Shown here piece by piece: positions 18,002 through 30,722 of a stretch of DNA of 64,000 nt. The notes beneath the pieces are model-generated. The model was not told the DNA's origin, made no database searches, and saw only the letters and a program-made list of their open reading frames with translations. How positions within the stretch are numbered: the first letter of the stretch is position 1; each line of letters starts with the position of its first letter. The stretch is from Myxococcales bacterium (GTDB taxonomy: Bacteria; Myxococcota_A; Polyangia; Polyangiales; Polyangiaceae), in contig JADJCA010000011.1 in assembly GCA_016703425.1 (NCBI GenBank), forward strand, positions 122,050 through 186,049, in the 5' to 3' direction. Made by a program: the position numbers and the translations under genes.

Positions 18002-19162
18002 ATGAACGGACGAAAGCTCCGCCGCGGGCTCGCGTGGTCGCTCCTCGCGGTCGTCGTCGGAGCGATTCTCTTTCACGTCGTCGCCGGCTGGACCGCCTTC
18101 GGCAAGCAGCCCTCGGGTGAGCGCCTCGTGCGCATGGCGCGCTCGCCCGAGCGCCGCGGCGAGGTCTTCGTGAACCGCGAGCCGCTCGAGAACGATCTGT
18201 GGCTCTCGCTCAAAGACGCCTTCGCGGCCAGCCCGCATACGAGCCCATCGGCGCCGATTCCCTTGACGCACGCGCCAGCGGGCCGGTTCGCGACGCCGCC
18301 GGCGTCGGGCCTGCGGCTCACATGGCTTGGCCATTCAACGACCCTCATCGAGATCGACGGGCGGCGAGTGCTCACCGATCCCATTTGGAGCAAGCGCGCC
18401 TCGCCGTTCTCATGGATCGGCCCTCAGCGCTTCTACGCTCCTCCCCTCGCCATGGAGGACGTTCCGCCGCTCGATGCGGTCGTCATCTCGCACGATCACT
18501 ACGACCACCTCGACATGAAGACGGTGCAAGCCCTCACCTCGCGCACCAAGCGCTTCGTGGTACCCCTCGGCATCGGCTCGCATCTCGCGTATTGGGGCGT
18601 TCCCGAGGCGCAGATCGTCGAGCTCGATTGGTGGGAGCACGTGGACCTCGGCGGCGTCGAGCTGGTGGCGGCTCCAGCGCGCCACGCCTCGGGCCGCGTG
18701 CTCATCGACAACGACACGCGCCTCTGGGCCGGCTACGCCATGCTCGGTCCCAAACACCGCGCCTACTACTCGGGCGACACGGGCCTCTTCCCGGCCATGC
18801 GCGAGATCGGCGAGCGGCTCGGTCCCTTCGACGTGACGCTCCTCGAAGCGGGGCAATACGGCCGCTCGTGGCCCGACTGGCACCTCGGGCCAGAGCAGGC
18901 CGTCGTCGCCCACCAGTGGCTTCGCGGCCGGGTCATGGTGCCGGTCCATTGGGCAGGCTTCGCCCTCGCGTACCACGGGTGGACCGAGCCGGTGGAGCGC
19001 GTGCTCGCGGCCGCAAGCTTGGCCAACGTGACGGTCCTCGCACCGATGCCGGGCCAGAGCGTGGAGCCCGACGCGCCCTTGGGCGTGACGCGCTGGTGGC
19101 CCGAGGTGCCGTGGAAGACCGGGGCCGAAGACCCAATTCGCGCGACACACATGCCACCGTGA
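18002..19162 (+). CDS. membrane-anchored MBL-fold metallo-hydrolase (NAPE-PLD-like Zn-dependent hydrolase)
   Basis: ATG 18002 gives MNGRKLRRGLAWSLLAVVVGAILFHVV (signal-anchor). HxHxDH motif VISHDHYDHLD. Further conserved Asp/His residues are downstream (YYSGDTG, VPVHW). Confidence 0.7.
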   Translation: MNGRKLRRGLAWSLLAVVVGAILFHVVAGWTAFGKQPSGERLVRMARSPERRGEVFVNREPLENDLWLSLKDAFAASPHTSPSAPIPLTHAPAGRFATPPASGLRLTWLGHSTTLIEIDGRRVLTDPIWSKRASPFSWIGPQRFYAPPLAMEDVPPLDAVVISHDHYDHLDMKTVQALTSRTKRFVVPLGIGSHLAYWGVPEAQIVELDWWEHVDLGGVELVAAPARHASGRVLIDNDTRLWAGYAMLGPKHRAYYSGDTGLFPAMREIGERLGPFDVTLLEAGQYGRSWPDWHLGPEQAVVAHQWLRGRVMVPVHWAGFALAYHGWTEPVERVLAAASLANVTVLAPMPGQSVEPDAPLGVTRWWPEVPWKTGAEDPIRATHMPP

Positions 19163-19179
19163 TCGCCGCGGGGCGTGCC

Positions 19180-20538
19180 TCAGTCGGCTGACGCGTCCAA
19201 AGAAGGCGTGCCGGCATCGCAGCGGGAGGGGCCCGACCAGGCGCAGTCGTCGCACCATTGGGTCCCCGCATCGTCGGGGCACGGCACTCCGGAGCCGAGC
19301 GTCGAATCCTCGATGGCGAGGACCCGGCCGCCGTCAACGCGACTCAGTGCGGACTGCACCGACGAGAAAAAGAGGGCCGCTGACAATTCGCCACAGTTGA
19401 GGTTTTCGTCCGTTGAGCCAGGCATGGGAAGGTCCAGGCGTCCGCAGAGGGTGGTGCGAGCAAACGACTGGTAGTCACTGGCATTCCCAGGCTCGCAGAG
19501 CTGGCCGCTCTTCGTGCTCGAGGGGTTGCGGCTGTTGCCGACGACACTCAACAAGCTGGCACTTGGCATTCGCATCGCCAGGCGACCCCGCGACAGCGCA
19601 AGTTGAACGACACCGTCAGCGCCGACGGAGCGCTCGATTCCAGCGACGAGCACGCCGCTGCGATAGGAGGTGCCGCCTCCACCGGGAACGCTGATCGGCA
19701 GGAGCCCGGGGCCGGTCTCGGGCACCACAAGTACGCCCCCCGTCACGTAACCGTCGGCAAGGTAGCGCGAGGTGACAAGTTCCGAGCCAGCCTCGCCGAG
19801 GATAGATCGGCGGTCCACGACCCACGAGCTGGGCCCACCGCCGTCCCACACCACGGGCATAGAGGCTAGGTCCGCGATGCTCACAACCGGCGAGCCGCCA
19901 TCGCGTGGCAGGCGCAGCCGCTCTTCGCGAGCCGCAACCCAGAAGCGGACGCGAACAGCTCGGTCGTCGGCCTCGCCATTGTAGTCGTCCAGCTCGAGAA
20001 GAAGGTTCGTAGCGCCGACCTCGATGACGCGGTTTGGGTCGAAGGTTCGCGCGCCGGGGTTCACGCCGGGAACCTGAAGGATGAGGTCCAGGACGCCAGG
20101 CAGCGCATTGTCCACCCCGTGCTCGTAGTCACAGGCCGTCGAGACGGTCGGCGTCGCGCAGGAGCGTTGCTCCGCGCACCCCGTCGCCGCGTCACCGCGC
20201 CATGTGTTCTTGCCGTCAAGGTTGAAGCCCGGGTCGTCGCAGAAGAGCGGGCTCTTGTCGGGCCCGTCGTTGCGAAAGGCCCATCGTCGGACAGCGAAAA
20301 AGAAGGGTGGCTGACTTGGTTTGTTGGCGCCCACGTCGGACGCAGGGGGCCCCGGCGGTACGGGGCCGCAGGGATCAGGCGCTGCGGGAATGTGCGCGTC
20401 GGGCGCTGTCGCACCGTCATCGCTCGCGTCAACGTCCGCGGTGACCTCGGCGCCACGCAGCGCCACGAGCCACTGGCACGCGGCCATGGACGCCACCAGC
20501 GGAGCCAAGAGCAGGAGGGAGGCATTGCGCGCTTTCAT
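19180..20538 (-). CDS. secreted Cys-rich lipoprotein, function unknown
   Basis: Internal ATG (20538) gives MKARNASLLLLAPLVASMAAC (lipobox). There are many paired Cys residues and high GC3. The 27 codons upstream in the track ORF are not signal-like. Confidence 0.6.
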   Translation of the reverse strand: MKARNASLLLLAPLVASMAACQWLVALRGAEVTADVDASDDGATAPDAHIPAAPDPCGPVPPGPPASDVGANKPSQPPFFFAVRRWAFRNDGPDKSPLFCDDPGFNLDGKNTWRGDAATGCAEQRSCATPTVSTACDYEHGVDNALPGVLDLILQVPGVNPGARTFDPNRVIEVGATNLLLELDDYNGEADDRAVRVRFWVAAREERLRLPRDGGSPVVSIADLASMPVVWDGGGPSSWVVDRRSILGEAGSELVTSRYLADGYVTGGVLVVPETGPGLLPISVPGGGGTSYRSGVLVAGIERSVGADGVVQLALSRGRLAMRMPSASLLSVVGNSRNPSSTKSGQLCEPGNASDYQSFARTTLCGRLDLPMPGSTDENLNCGELSAALFFSSVQSALSRVDGGRVLAIEDSTLGSGVPCPDDAGTQWCDDCAWSGPSRCDAGTPSLDASAD

Positions 20539-20752
20539 CTGCTGCTCGTCGGCATCGCCCCTCGAATCTACCGATGGAACACCACGTCGACCAGGGACCC
20601 AAGGCTGGCGACGTCTCATTCACACGAAGCGGCTCGTCGCCGACGTGCCTCGCGAGATGTGCTACCTCTGGACGCGAAAGGGTGCGGCGCGGGCCGCAGG
20701 ACATCGGATGGTCGGGCCGCCATCCACGCCGGGATACCGGCGAGGTCCCACC

Positions 20753-22165
<1,413 letters not shown>

Positions 22166-22210
22166 GGTCTGCACGCGAGCAGGTGGCGCCCGGGGCGCTG
22201 AGCGCGACGA

Positions 22211-22861
22211 TCACCAGCCGGGGGGTACTCTCCCCTGCAAGCAGTGGATCGTGCACGGGAGGCCGGGGCTCGAGCCAGCCCCTAGCTCAGGCGCGCTCGC
22301 CGTGCCGCGCCGGATGCCTTCCTCGCGGGGCCACAACGCACGCTGCCCGGGCACGAGCGAGTGCAGGCCGCTTTGCCAAAACCCAATGACGTGCGTGTGG
22401 CCTCCAACGCGTACCCCAAGCGTGTCGGCGAGCGCTTCGGCGAACGCCTGACCGACGTCGCCGCCGAAGGCCTCGCACGTGCGGAGCCAGACGAGCGATC
22501 GCTCGCTTGTGACAAGGCGCTCTTTGAGCACTGCCACCACGCGACGTGCGCCGGCGTCGGCGCCGGGCGCTCCCACGAGGGCGCGAAGGTCGAGCGGGGC
22601 TCGGTCGACGAAGACGCGGCCGAAGCGACCGTGGCCCCAATACTGAAGCTCCGCCAGCGGGGCATCGAGCGCTTCGATGGCGCGAGCGGCGCCGGCCCAG
22701 TCGTCAATTCCCACCGACGCGTTGACGGCACCCGAAGCGCAGTAGAGCGCCGCACCGCCGCGCCAGACGGCGGAGAGTCCGCCCGCTGGGCGCGTGCACG
22801 TGCGGTCGTAGAGAACGAGTCGTTGCGCCACGGGGAGGCAATCGTGACGCGGCCGCGACAA
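22211..22861 (-). CDS. hypothetical protein
   Basis: Open frame with gene-like GC1 (about 75%) > GC2 (about 58%). The start is uncertain: TTG 22861 sits in the T-tract of the upstream gene's terminator, and a GTG lies about 30 nt inside. No family recognised. Confidence 0.4.
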   Translation of the reverse strand: MSRPRHDCLPVAQRLVLYDRTCTRPAGGLSAVWRGGAALYCASGAVNASVGIDDWAGAARAIEALDAPLAELQYWGHGRFGRVFVDRAPLDLRALVGAPGADAGARRVVAVLKERLVTSERSLVWLRTCEAFGGDVGQAFAEALADTLGVRVGGHTHVIGFWQSGLHSLVPGQRALWPREEGIRRGTASAPELGAGSSPGLPCTIHCLQGRVPPGW

Positions 22862-22870
22862 AAAGGAAAA

Positions 22871-22911
22871 CCCCCAAGAGGCTCGGGGTTGCGCCCACGT
22901 CCTCTTGGGGG
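22871..22911 (-). terminator. Rho-independent terminator of the substrate-binding-protein gene
   Basis: CCCCCAAGAGG (22871-81) and CCTCTTGGGGG (22901-11) form a perfect 11-bp inverted repeat. On the minus strand it is followed by TTTTCCTTTTTGTC, 38 nt after the stop at 22949. Confidence 0.55.
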
Positions 22912-22948
22912 TCGGTCGCGAAGGCCCGCGGGGGCGTTCGCCGGCGCG

Positions 22949-24394
22949 CTACTTCTTCCCCGGCGCCGTCTTCGCGTTCGCTGCGGCGGGCGGCGGCGTC
23001 GCCGTGCCCTTCTCGCCGGGCTTCGCGTCCTTGGCGTCCTTGTCGTCCTTCGCAAGGAGGACCGGCTCGGGCTTGTCGGTGAGGTACTTCTTCATGTCCG
23101 TCACGAGCACGAACTCATCGTTCTTGATGCCCGAGAGCCATACGCTGTCGAAGCCCTGGTTGTCACCCTGGCCCCAGGTGAGCTTCTGACCAACGCCCGG
23201 GTCCCACCCGACCATCGACTCGGCAGCCTTGCGAAGCGATTCTCGCGTCAGGTTCTTGCCGGCTCGCTCCATGGCTTCGACGAGGGCTCGCGCGCCGATG
23301 AAGCTCTCGAGCGCGTTGGTGCTGTAGCGGAGCGGGCGATAGTTGGGGTCTGCGATCTGGGCAGGCAGATCAGCCTTCCGCTTGTCGGTGAGGTCTCTGT
23401 ACTCACGCACCGCGGGCAGGTCGGTGGCGCTGACGGGCGGCGAGTTCGTGCAGCCAATGAGCGCGTTGGTCATTCGCTTGCTGGTCTTCTTTTCGATGGC
23501 GATGAGCTGACGCAACATCGTGTCGGGCGTGCCCATGGTCGCGGCGGCCACGTTCCAGCCGGACTCGCGGGCGTCCCGCACGAAGACCGTCGACGGGTTG
23601 TAGGTCGCCGCAAGGACGACTGCTTCCGCGCCTGCAGCCTTCATCTTCGCCACGATGTCCTTTGCGTCGCTCGTCTCGGGCTTGGCCGACTTGGGGATCG
23701 GCAGCTCGAGGACCATCGTGAGGCCCTTGTCCTCGATGGCCTTCTTGGCCGCCGTGGCGGCGCTCTTCCCGAAGCCGTCGTCTTGCGCGACAACGCCGAT
23801 CTTCTTGAAGCCCGCCGACGCGAACGCCTCGACGACATCCTTGCCGGAGCTCTTGAGTGAGCCGCGAATGTTGAAGGCGAAGGGCGCAAACTCGGGAGCG
23901 CGCAACACCTCGGCGCCGCTCGTCGAGCCCCACAAGACGAACTTCTTCGCCTCGTACTTCTTCAGGGTCTTCACGATGCCGCTCGAAGGCTCGGTGCCGC
24001 TGGCGCCGAAGAACACAAAGGGCCGATCGTCGTTGATCGCTTTCTCGGTCGCCGCCTCTCCGCCCTCCGACGTGTACTTGTCGTCGACGGGCACGATCTC
24101 GATCTTGCGTCCATGGACGCCACCGCGCGCATTCACCTCGGCGAAGTACGCCATGGCGCCGCGGTACGACTCGGTGCCCAAGCCGGCTTGGGCGCCGGTG
24201 AACGAGGCAACCTGCGACAGGCGAACGGTCTCATCGGTCACGCCGTCGGGCGCCTCCTTCGCAGCCTCCTTGGTGGCTTCCGTCGACTCCCCCTGATCGT
24301 CGCGGCGCGCTCGCGCCTTCTTGCAACCGATCACGGACGTTGCAAACACCAAGAGCCCGACGACACCCAACGCTTGTTTCGACCATGCGCGCAT
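22949..24394 (-). CDS. ABC transporter substrate-binding lipoprotein (type-1 periplasmic binding fold, Leu/Ile/Val-binding-like)
   Basis: ATG at 24394 gives MRAWSKQALGVVGLLVFATSVIGC (lipobox). Body is LivK/PBP1-like (GGVHGRKIEIVPVDDKYTSEGG...PFVFFGASGT). Lys-rich unstructured N- and C-terminal tails. Confidence 0.75.
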   Translation of the reverse strand: MRAWSKQALGVVGLLVFATSVIGCKKARARRDDQGESTEATKEAAKEAPDGVTDETVRLSQVASFTGAQAGLGTESYRGAMAYFAEVNARGGVHGRKIEIVPVDDKYTSEGGEAATEKAINDDRPFVFFGASGTEPSSGIVKTLKKYEAKKFVLWGSTSGAEVLRAPEFAPFAFNIRGSLKSSGKDVVEAFASAGFKKIGVVAQDDGFGKSAATAAKKAIEDKGLTMVLELPIPKSAKPETSDAKDIVAKMKAAGAEAVVLAATYNPSTVFVRDARESGWNVAAATMGTPDTMLRQLIAIEKKTSKRMTNALIGCTNSPPVSATDLPAVREYRDLTDKRKADLPAQIADPNYRPLRYSTNALESFIGARALVEAMERAGKNLTRESLRKAAESMVGWDPGVGQKLTWGQGDNQGFDSVWLSGIKNDEFVLVTDMKKYLTDKPEPVLLAKDDKDAKDAKPGEKGTATPPPAAANAKTAPGKK

Positions 24395-24586
24395 GTTCTT
24401 CCTCCGCGAAGCCCCCGCTTCAAAGCTCCTGCGCGGTGACGCAAAAGCCCGAGGTTCGAGAGTATGGGGCCCGTCGACGTGGGTGAAGCTTTTCGCCGGC
24501 GCCCTCGCCAAATGAGTGCGCGCTCGCCCCCCGTGTCGGGCCAGCGGCGGCGTGAAAAGTTTCGTCTAGTTGGATGGAGAATACAC

Positions 24587-24624
24587 AAAAAAAGCCCGGC
24601 CTACAGCGGAGCCGTAGGCCGGGC
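24587..24624 (-). terminator. Rho-independent terminator of dnaK
   Basis: GCCCGGCCTAC-agcggagcc-GTAGGCCGGGC is an 11-bp perfect stem 41 nt downstream of the dnaK stop (24665). It is followed on the minus strand by TTTTTTTGTG. Confidence 0.6.
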
Positions 24625-24664
24625 TGGCGAGCACCACTTGGGCGCCGCTTGAAGCGTCGTCAGG

Positions 24665-26581
<1,917 letters not shown>

Positions 26582-26957
26582 GATTCCCTAGCCTCCAGCG
26601 ATCTTCAGTCTTCCGGCGAGGCCCTTCGGCGTTCCGGGTTCCGGGGCGCCGCCGGCCTCCGCCGAAAAGGCAAGGCTAAACAGCGGACCGCGGCGGAATT
26701 TGCCGAATTCCTCGTCGTGTTCGGGGGCAAGCTAATCACCTCGGCCCGGACGTCAACCGTTGGCGGCATGGCAGGTGCACATGCGGGCCCGACGTGAACT
26801 TGAACCAAAGCTCTCGTTGCGGGAGACGCCAATGGACTGCTAGAGTCCCGAGGCATTTGACAGTTCCTCTACGATAAGAGCCGGCCCTCGGCGCCAGAGC
26901 GCGGCCGCCCGTGTACGACGGGCGAGACCGACCGCCAGACGCTCGGGTCCCTTCGCG

Positions 26958-28289
26958 ATGCGACGACCCAAGGACGACCTCCCTCCCCCGCCCGAACTTC
27001 CCTCGTTCACCATCGAGGCCGACGCCGATGTCCCCGAGGACGTCTCGCTGCGGCATGACGGCACGTCGCTAACGCGCCACGACGTCGACATCGCCGAGGC
27101 CGATCTCGACCCTGACGCCGCCAAGGTTGTCCGGCGCCTTGAGCGAGCGGGACACCAGGCCTACCTCGTTGGCGGCTGCGTCCGGGACCTCCTTCTGGAC
27201 CACAAGCCGAAAGACTGGGACATCGCCACGAGCGCGAGACCGGAAGACGTTCGCCAGCTCTTTCGCAACTGCCGCATCATCGGCCGGAGGTTCCGGCTCG
27301 CCCATGTCCTTTTTGGCCACGGCAAGGTCATCGAGGTCGCGACCTTCCGGAAGAACCCCGCGGAGCCCGTCGACGACGACGCCGTCAGCGACCTCTTGAT
27401 TCGAAGCGACAACGTCTTCGGCGAAGCGCACGAGGACGCCATCCGACGCGACTTCACCATCAACGCGCTCTTCTACGACGTGGACCGCCGTCAGGTGCTC
27501 GATTGGTGCGGCGGCATGGAGCACATCGCCCACCGAACGATCCACACCATCGGCGATCCAAACGTTCGCTTCCGCGAGGATCCGGTGCGAATCCTCCGCG
27601 CCATCAAGTTCGCCGCCCGCCGCGATCTCGGGATTTCGCCCGCCGTCTACGACGCCATGGTGGCTCATCGCGAGTCGCTCGGTCACGCGGCCCGGCCCCG
27701 CATCTTCGAGGAGATCCTCCGGCTCCTACGCTATGGCGCGGCCCACCGGTCTCTTTGGCTCTTCTGGGAAACGGGCGCGATGGCGCAGCTCATTCCCGAG
27801 CTCGCCGCGTTCCTCGACGACGATGGCGGGGCGACCGGCGGCGGCGGCGTTGAACGCTTCTTCAAGAAAATGGACGCCATCGATCGCCGCATTCGCGCCG
27901 GCGGGCCGGTCCCCGACGACGTGACGCTCTTCACGGTCTTGCTCCGCGAGCCGCTCGAAGAGGCCTGCGATGGCGCCCGCGACAAGGTGGAAGCGGCCTA
28001 CCAGTTCCTCGATCCGATCATGGAACGCATCGCGATCCCGCGGCGCATCTCCGACGCCATGCGTCGCATCGTCTCGATGCAGCCGCGCCTCGAGACGAAG
28101 CGCTTGGGACGCCTCGCCCGCGCCGAGCACGCGGGCCTCGCGCTCGACGTCCTCGAGATTGAGCTGGAATCAAAGGGCGCTGACACGTCGCACCTCGAGG
28201 CGATGCGAGCCGAGATCCCTGCCGTAACGGACCGCGAAGAAGACGGCCCCGGCATCCGGCGCCCAAAGCGGCGCCGCCGCCGCCACTAG
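26958..28289 (+). CDS. pcnB: poly(A) polymerase / tRNA nucleotidyltransferase family protein (PcnB-like)
   Basis: Nucleotidyltransferase head motif (AYLVGGCVRDLLLDHKPKDWDIAT) and PcnB-like body (RDFTINALFYD...RFREDPVRILRAIKF). Arg-rich basic C-terminus. Confidence 0.8.
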   Translation: MRRPKDDLPPPPELPSFTIEADADVPEDVSLRHDGTSLTRHDVDIAEADLDPDAAKVVRRLERAGHQAYLVGGCVRDLLLDHKPKDWDIATSARPEDVRQLFRNCRIIGRRFRLAHVLFGHGKVIEVATFRKNPAEPVDDDAVSDLLIRSDNVFGEAHEDAIRRDFTINALFYDVDRRQVLDWCGGMEHIAHRTIHTIGDPNVRFREDPVRILRAIKFAARRDLGISPAVYDAMVAHRESLGHAARPRIFEEILRLLRYGAAHRSLWLFWETGAMAQLIPELAAFLDDDGGATGGGGVERFFKKMDAIDRRIRAGGPVPDDVTLFTVLLREPLEEACDGARDKVEAAYQFLDPIMERIAIPRRISDAMRRIVSMQPRLETKRLGRLARAEHAGLALDVLEIELESKGADTSHLEAMRAEIPAVTDREEDGPGIRRPKRRRRRH

Positions 28290-28383
28290 AAAAGGGCGCG
28301 CGCGCGATTTGCTTCCACCGATCAAGACCGGTGGGGCTTTTTCACGCCTCGGAGACGCGACACCGGGGTGTTCCCAATGCTAC

Positions 28384-29901
28384 GTGGTTCTCGTGACGGA
28401 AGGACTCTCTCGCCGGGCTTCTAGCCTATCCCCCAAGTGCGGCGCCCTGGCCGTGCCGGCGCTCGCCGTCCTTTTGGCCTCAGCCTTCGCCTGCTCGCAG
28501 GCAGGCGACAACGCCAAAGCGCCCGCGCCGGCCCTCGCCCCGAGCGCCGCGCCAACCACGCCGCCGATGCCGTCGGCGACGCCTACCGCGACGCCCGCCG
28601 CCGGCGACCTCCGCGCCGCAGTGGCTGTCGTCGACGCGACACCCAAGGTGGGTGTCCCGCTGGCCGGTTACACGAAGCGACGACGCCTCGTCCCCGACTT
28701 CGATCCGAACAACGACGTTCAATACTTCGCGCCGTCAACGGCGGTGCGCGATCCGATGCTCGCCAAGGCCCTCGTGCTCGAGAGCGGCGGCCAGCGCCTC
28801 TACATCCTGAGCATCGACGCCATCGCCACCATCGCGGAGGTCGTGGAACGGATCGTCGCGACGGCGCGCGCGAAGGGTTCGGCGGTGACGGCCGACCGCC
28901 TGCTCGCCGCGGCGTCGCACACGCACTCCGGTCCCGGCGCGCTGACGAGCCTCGGCTTCTGGGTCCAGGCGGCGACCGACTCGCTCGTGCCCCGCGTGCG
29001 CGACGCGTACGTGGATGCGCACGCCGAAGCCATCGTGCGCGCCGAGCGCTCGCTCGCGGCGGCGCGTTTTGGCATCGGCCGGAGCGAGCTCGAAGGCGCG
29101 ACGACCAATCGACGTTCTGGCGTCTCGAAGGTCCTGAAGGCCGGCGACATCGATCCCGAGCTCTTCGTGATGCGCGTCGACCACGAGGATGGCACGCCGC
29201 TGGCGACGCTGACCAACTACGGCATTCACGGCACGGCATTGCCGGCCGCCAACGAAGCGCTCTCCGCCGACGTCATGGGAGTCATCAACCGCACCGTCGC
29301 GCAGAAGACCGGCGCGCCGGCCCTCTTCGCCAACAGTGCGGAGGCCGACATCGCGCCGTTGGCCGCGACCGACGCGGAGATGGAGTCGCTCGGGAGCGTC
29401 ATTGGCGACAAGGTCGTCGCTGTCCGTAGCGGCATCGCCACGCGTGACCGCGTCGCGATAAGAGTTGCCACGACGACCGTCGACTTCGGCAAGGCCGAGC
29501 TCAAGCTCCGCGCCGACGGCCTATCGACGGGCGCGCTCGACTTGTCGTTGCTCGGCACGTTGCTCGGCGGCCCCTCTGGAATTTCGTCGATTCCCCTCGA
29601 CGAGACCATGGTCGAGCACAAGTTCCGCATGACCGCCGTGGCCCTCGATGGCGACGTCATCAGCGCCGTACCGGGCGAGCCCGTTCATCGCCTCGGCCTC
29701 GACATCAAGGCGCGCGGCAAGGCCCTCGGCTTCGCGAACGTCCTCGTCTTCGGTCTCACCAACGGCTTCATGAGCTACGTCGTCGACAAGGACGAGTACG
29801 AAGCCGGAGGCTACGAAGCGGCGGCGACGTTCTTCGGACCGGACACGGGCTCACGCCTCACCGACGCGTGCGTCCAGCAGATCGCGGCCGTCGCGAAGTA
29901 G
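28384..29901 (+). CDS. neutral/alkaline ceramidase-like N-terminal-domain lipoprotein (assignment tentative)
   Basis: The motif AASHTHSGPG resembles the neutral ceramidase family; size is about 500 aa. There is no in-frame ATG. A GTG at 28384 or 28393 gives a signal ending in the lipobox LASAFAC; TTG 28309 (track) is less likely. Confidence 0.5.
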   Translation: MVLVTEGLSRRASSLSPKCGALAVPALAVLLASAFACSQAGDNAKAPAPALAPSAAPTTPPMPSATPTATPAAGDLRAAVAVVDATPKVGVPLAGYTKRRRLVPDFDPNNDVQYFAPSTAVRDPMLAKALVLESGGQRLYILSIDAIATIAEVVERIVATARAKGSAVTADRLLAAASHTHSGPGALTSLGFWVQAATDSLVPRVRDAYVDAHAEAIVRAERSLAAARFGIGRSELEGATTNRRSGVSKVLKAGDIDPELFVMRVDHEDGTPLATLTNYGIHGTALPAANEALSADVMGVINRTVAQKTGAPALFANSAEADIAPLAATDAEMESLGSVIGDKVVAVRSGIATRDRVAIRVATTTVDFGKAELKLRADGLSTGALDLSLLGTLLGGPSGISSIPLDETMVEHKFRMTAVALDGDVISAVPGEPVHRLGLDIKARGKALGFANVLVFGLTNGFMSYVVDKDEYEAGGYEAAATFFGPDTGSRLTDACVQQIAAVAK

Positions 29902-29955
29902 CGGGCGGGCGGGGCTGGCGGGGCCGGGGCTGACGGGGCCGGGGCCAGCGCGCCG

Positions 29956-30657
29956 TCAGACCGTCTGCGCGACGCGCATGAGCTCGCCGGCGACGTCGCC
30001 TTCAAGGGTCTCGTGGTGCGAGACGATGATGCGCTTGAGCGTCGGCGTCTTGGCGAGCTCTTCGAGATCGGCGCGGAAGGCCGCCTTGTCTTTGAGCATC
30101 ATGGTGCGAAAGAGCCGAGTCACCTTGAAGCCACCCGAGGAGCCCATCACGTTCTTCACGATGAAGCCCTGAAAGCCCGGCGCGTGTGGCATGTTGAAGA
30201 GCGCGTCGTTGAAGGTGAGGGTCGTGCCGCCCTCCGTTGTGACGGTCATGACGCCCTCGGCGTCCTTCACGCCCTTCAGCGTTCGAAGGGCCACGCGAGC
30301 GTCTTTCGGAAATTCTTCGTAGACGAGGTCGACGGGGACGACCTTTTCGACCTTCGCCCTCGCGCCCTTCGGGCACACGAACTTCGCCTTCGGGTAGCGG
30401 TCCTTGTAGGCCGGCGCGTCCAAGCGATGAAAGGCGTTGGGCACGATGACGTAGGCCACGGTGCCGAGAGCGTCGAGCTCCTTCATGGCGGGGTCTGCGA
30501 GCATCATCGCGTTATGAACGACGAGGTCGCCGCTCGCGAGCTTCGCGACGGTCATGACGCGGTGGAGCGGCATGCCGCTGAGCGAGCCCTCGACGCGCCA
30601 GAGGCCGTCTTCGAGCTTCGTCAGCGGACCGTGCGGAAGGATCTTCTTTTCAGACAC
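29956..30657 (-). CDS. hypothetical protein (DUF4336-like)
   Basis: Compact 233-aa ORF with normal composition and high GC3. Recalled similarity to the DUF4336 family only; no catalytic motif identified. Confidence 0.45.
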   Translation of the reverse strand: MSEKKILPHGPLTKLEDGLWRVEGSLSGMPLHRVMTVAKLASGDLVVHNAMMLADPAMKELDALGTVAYVIVPNAFHRLDAPAYKDRYPKAKFVCPKGARAKVEKVVPVDLVYEEFPKDARVALRTLKGVKDAEGVMTVTTEGGTTLTFNDALFNMPHAPGFQGFIVKNVMGSSGGFKVTRLFRTMMLKDKAAFRADLEELAKTPTLKRIIVSHHETLEGDVAGELMRVAQTV

Positions 30658-30722
30658 GCGCGGGAGCTTACGCTCGGATCGGACCCTTGGAAACGCGCGA
30701 CGTCGCGCGCTGCTAGGCGCCC

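Noticed and set aside
26582-26957. CIRCE/HrcA operator or sigma-32 promoter upstream of dnaK
   Set aside because: No TTAGCACTC-N9-GAGTGCTAA match and no convincing CTTGAAA-N13-15-CCCCAT motif. Only a small palindrome was found and it is reported separately.
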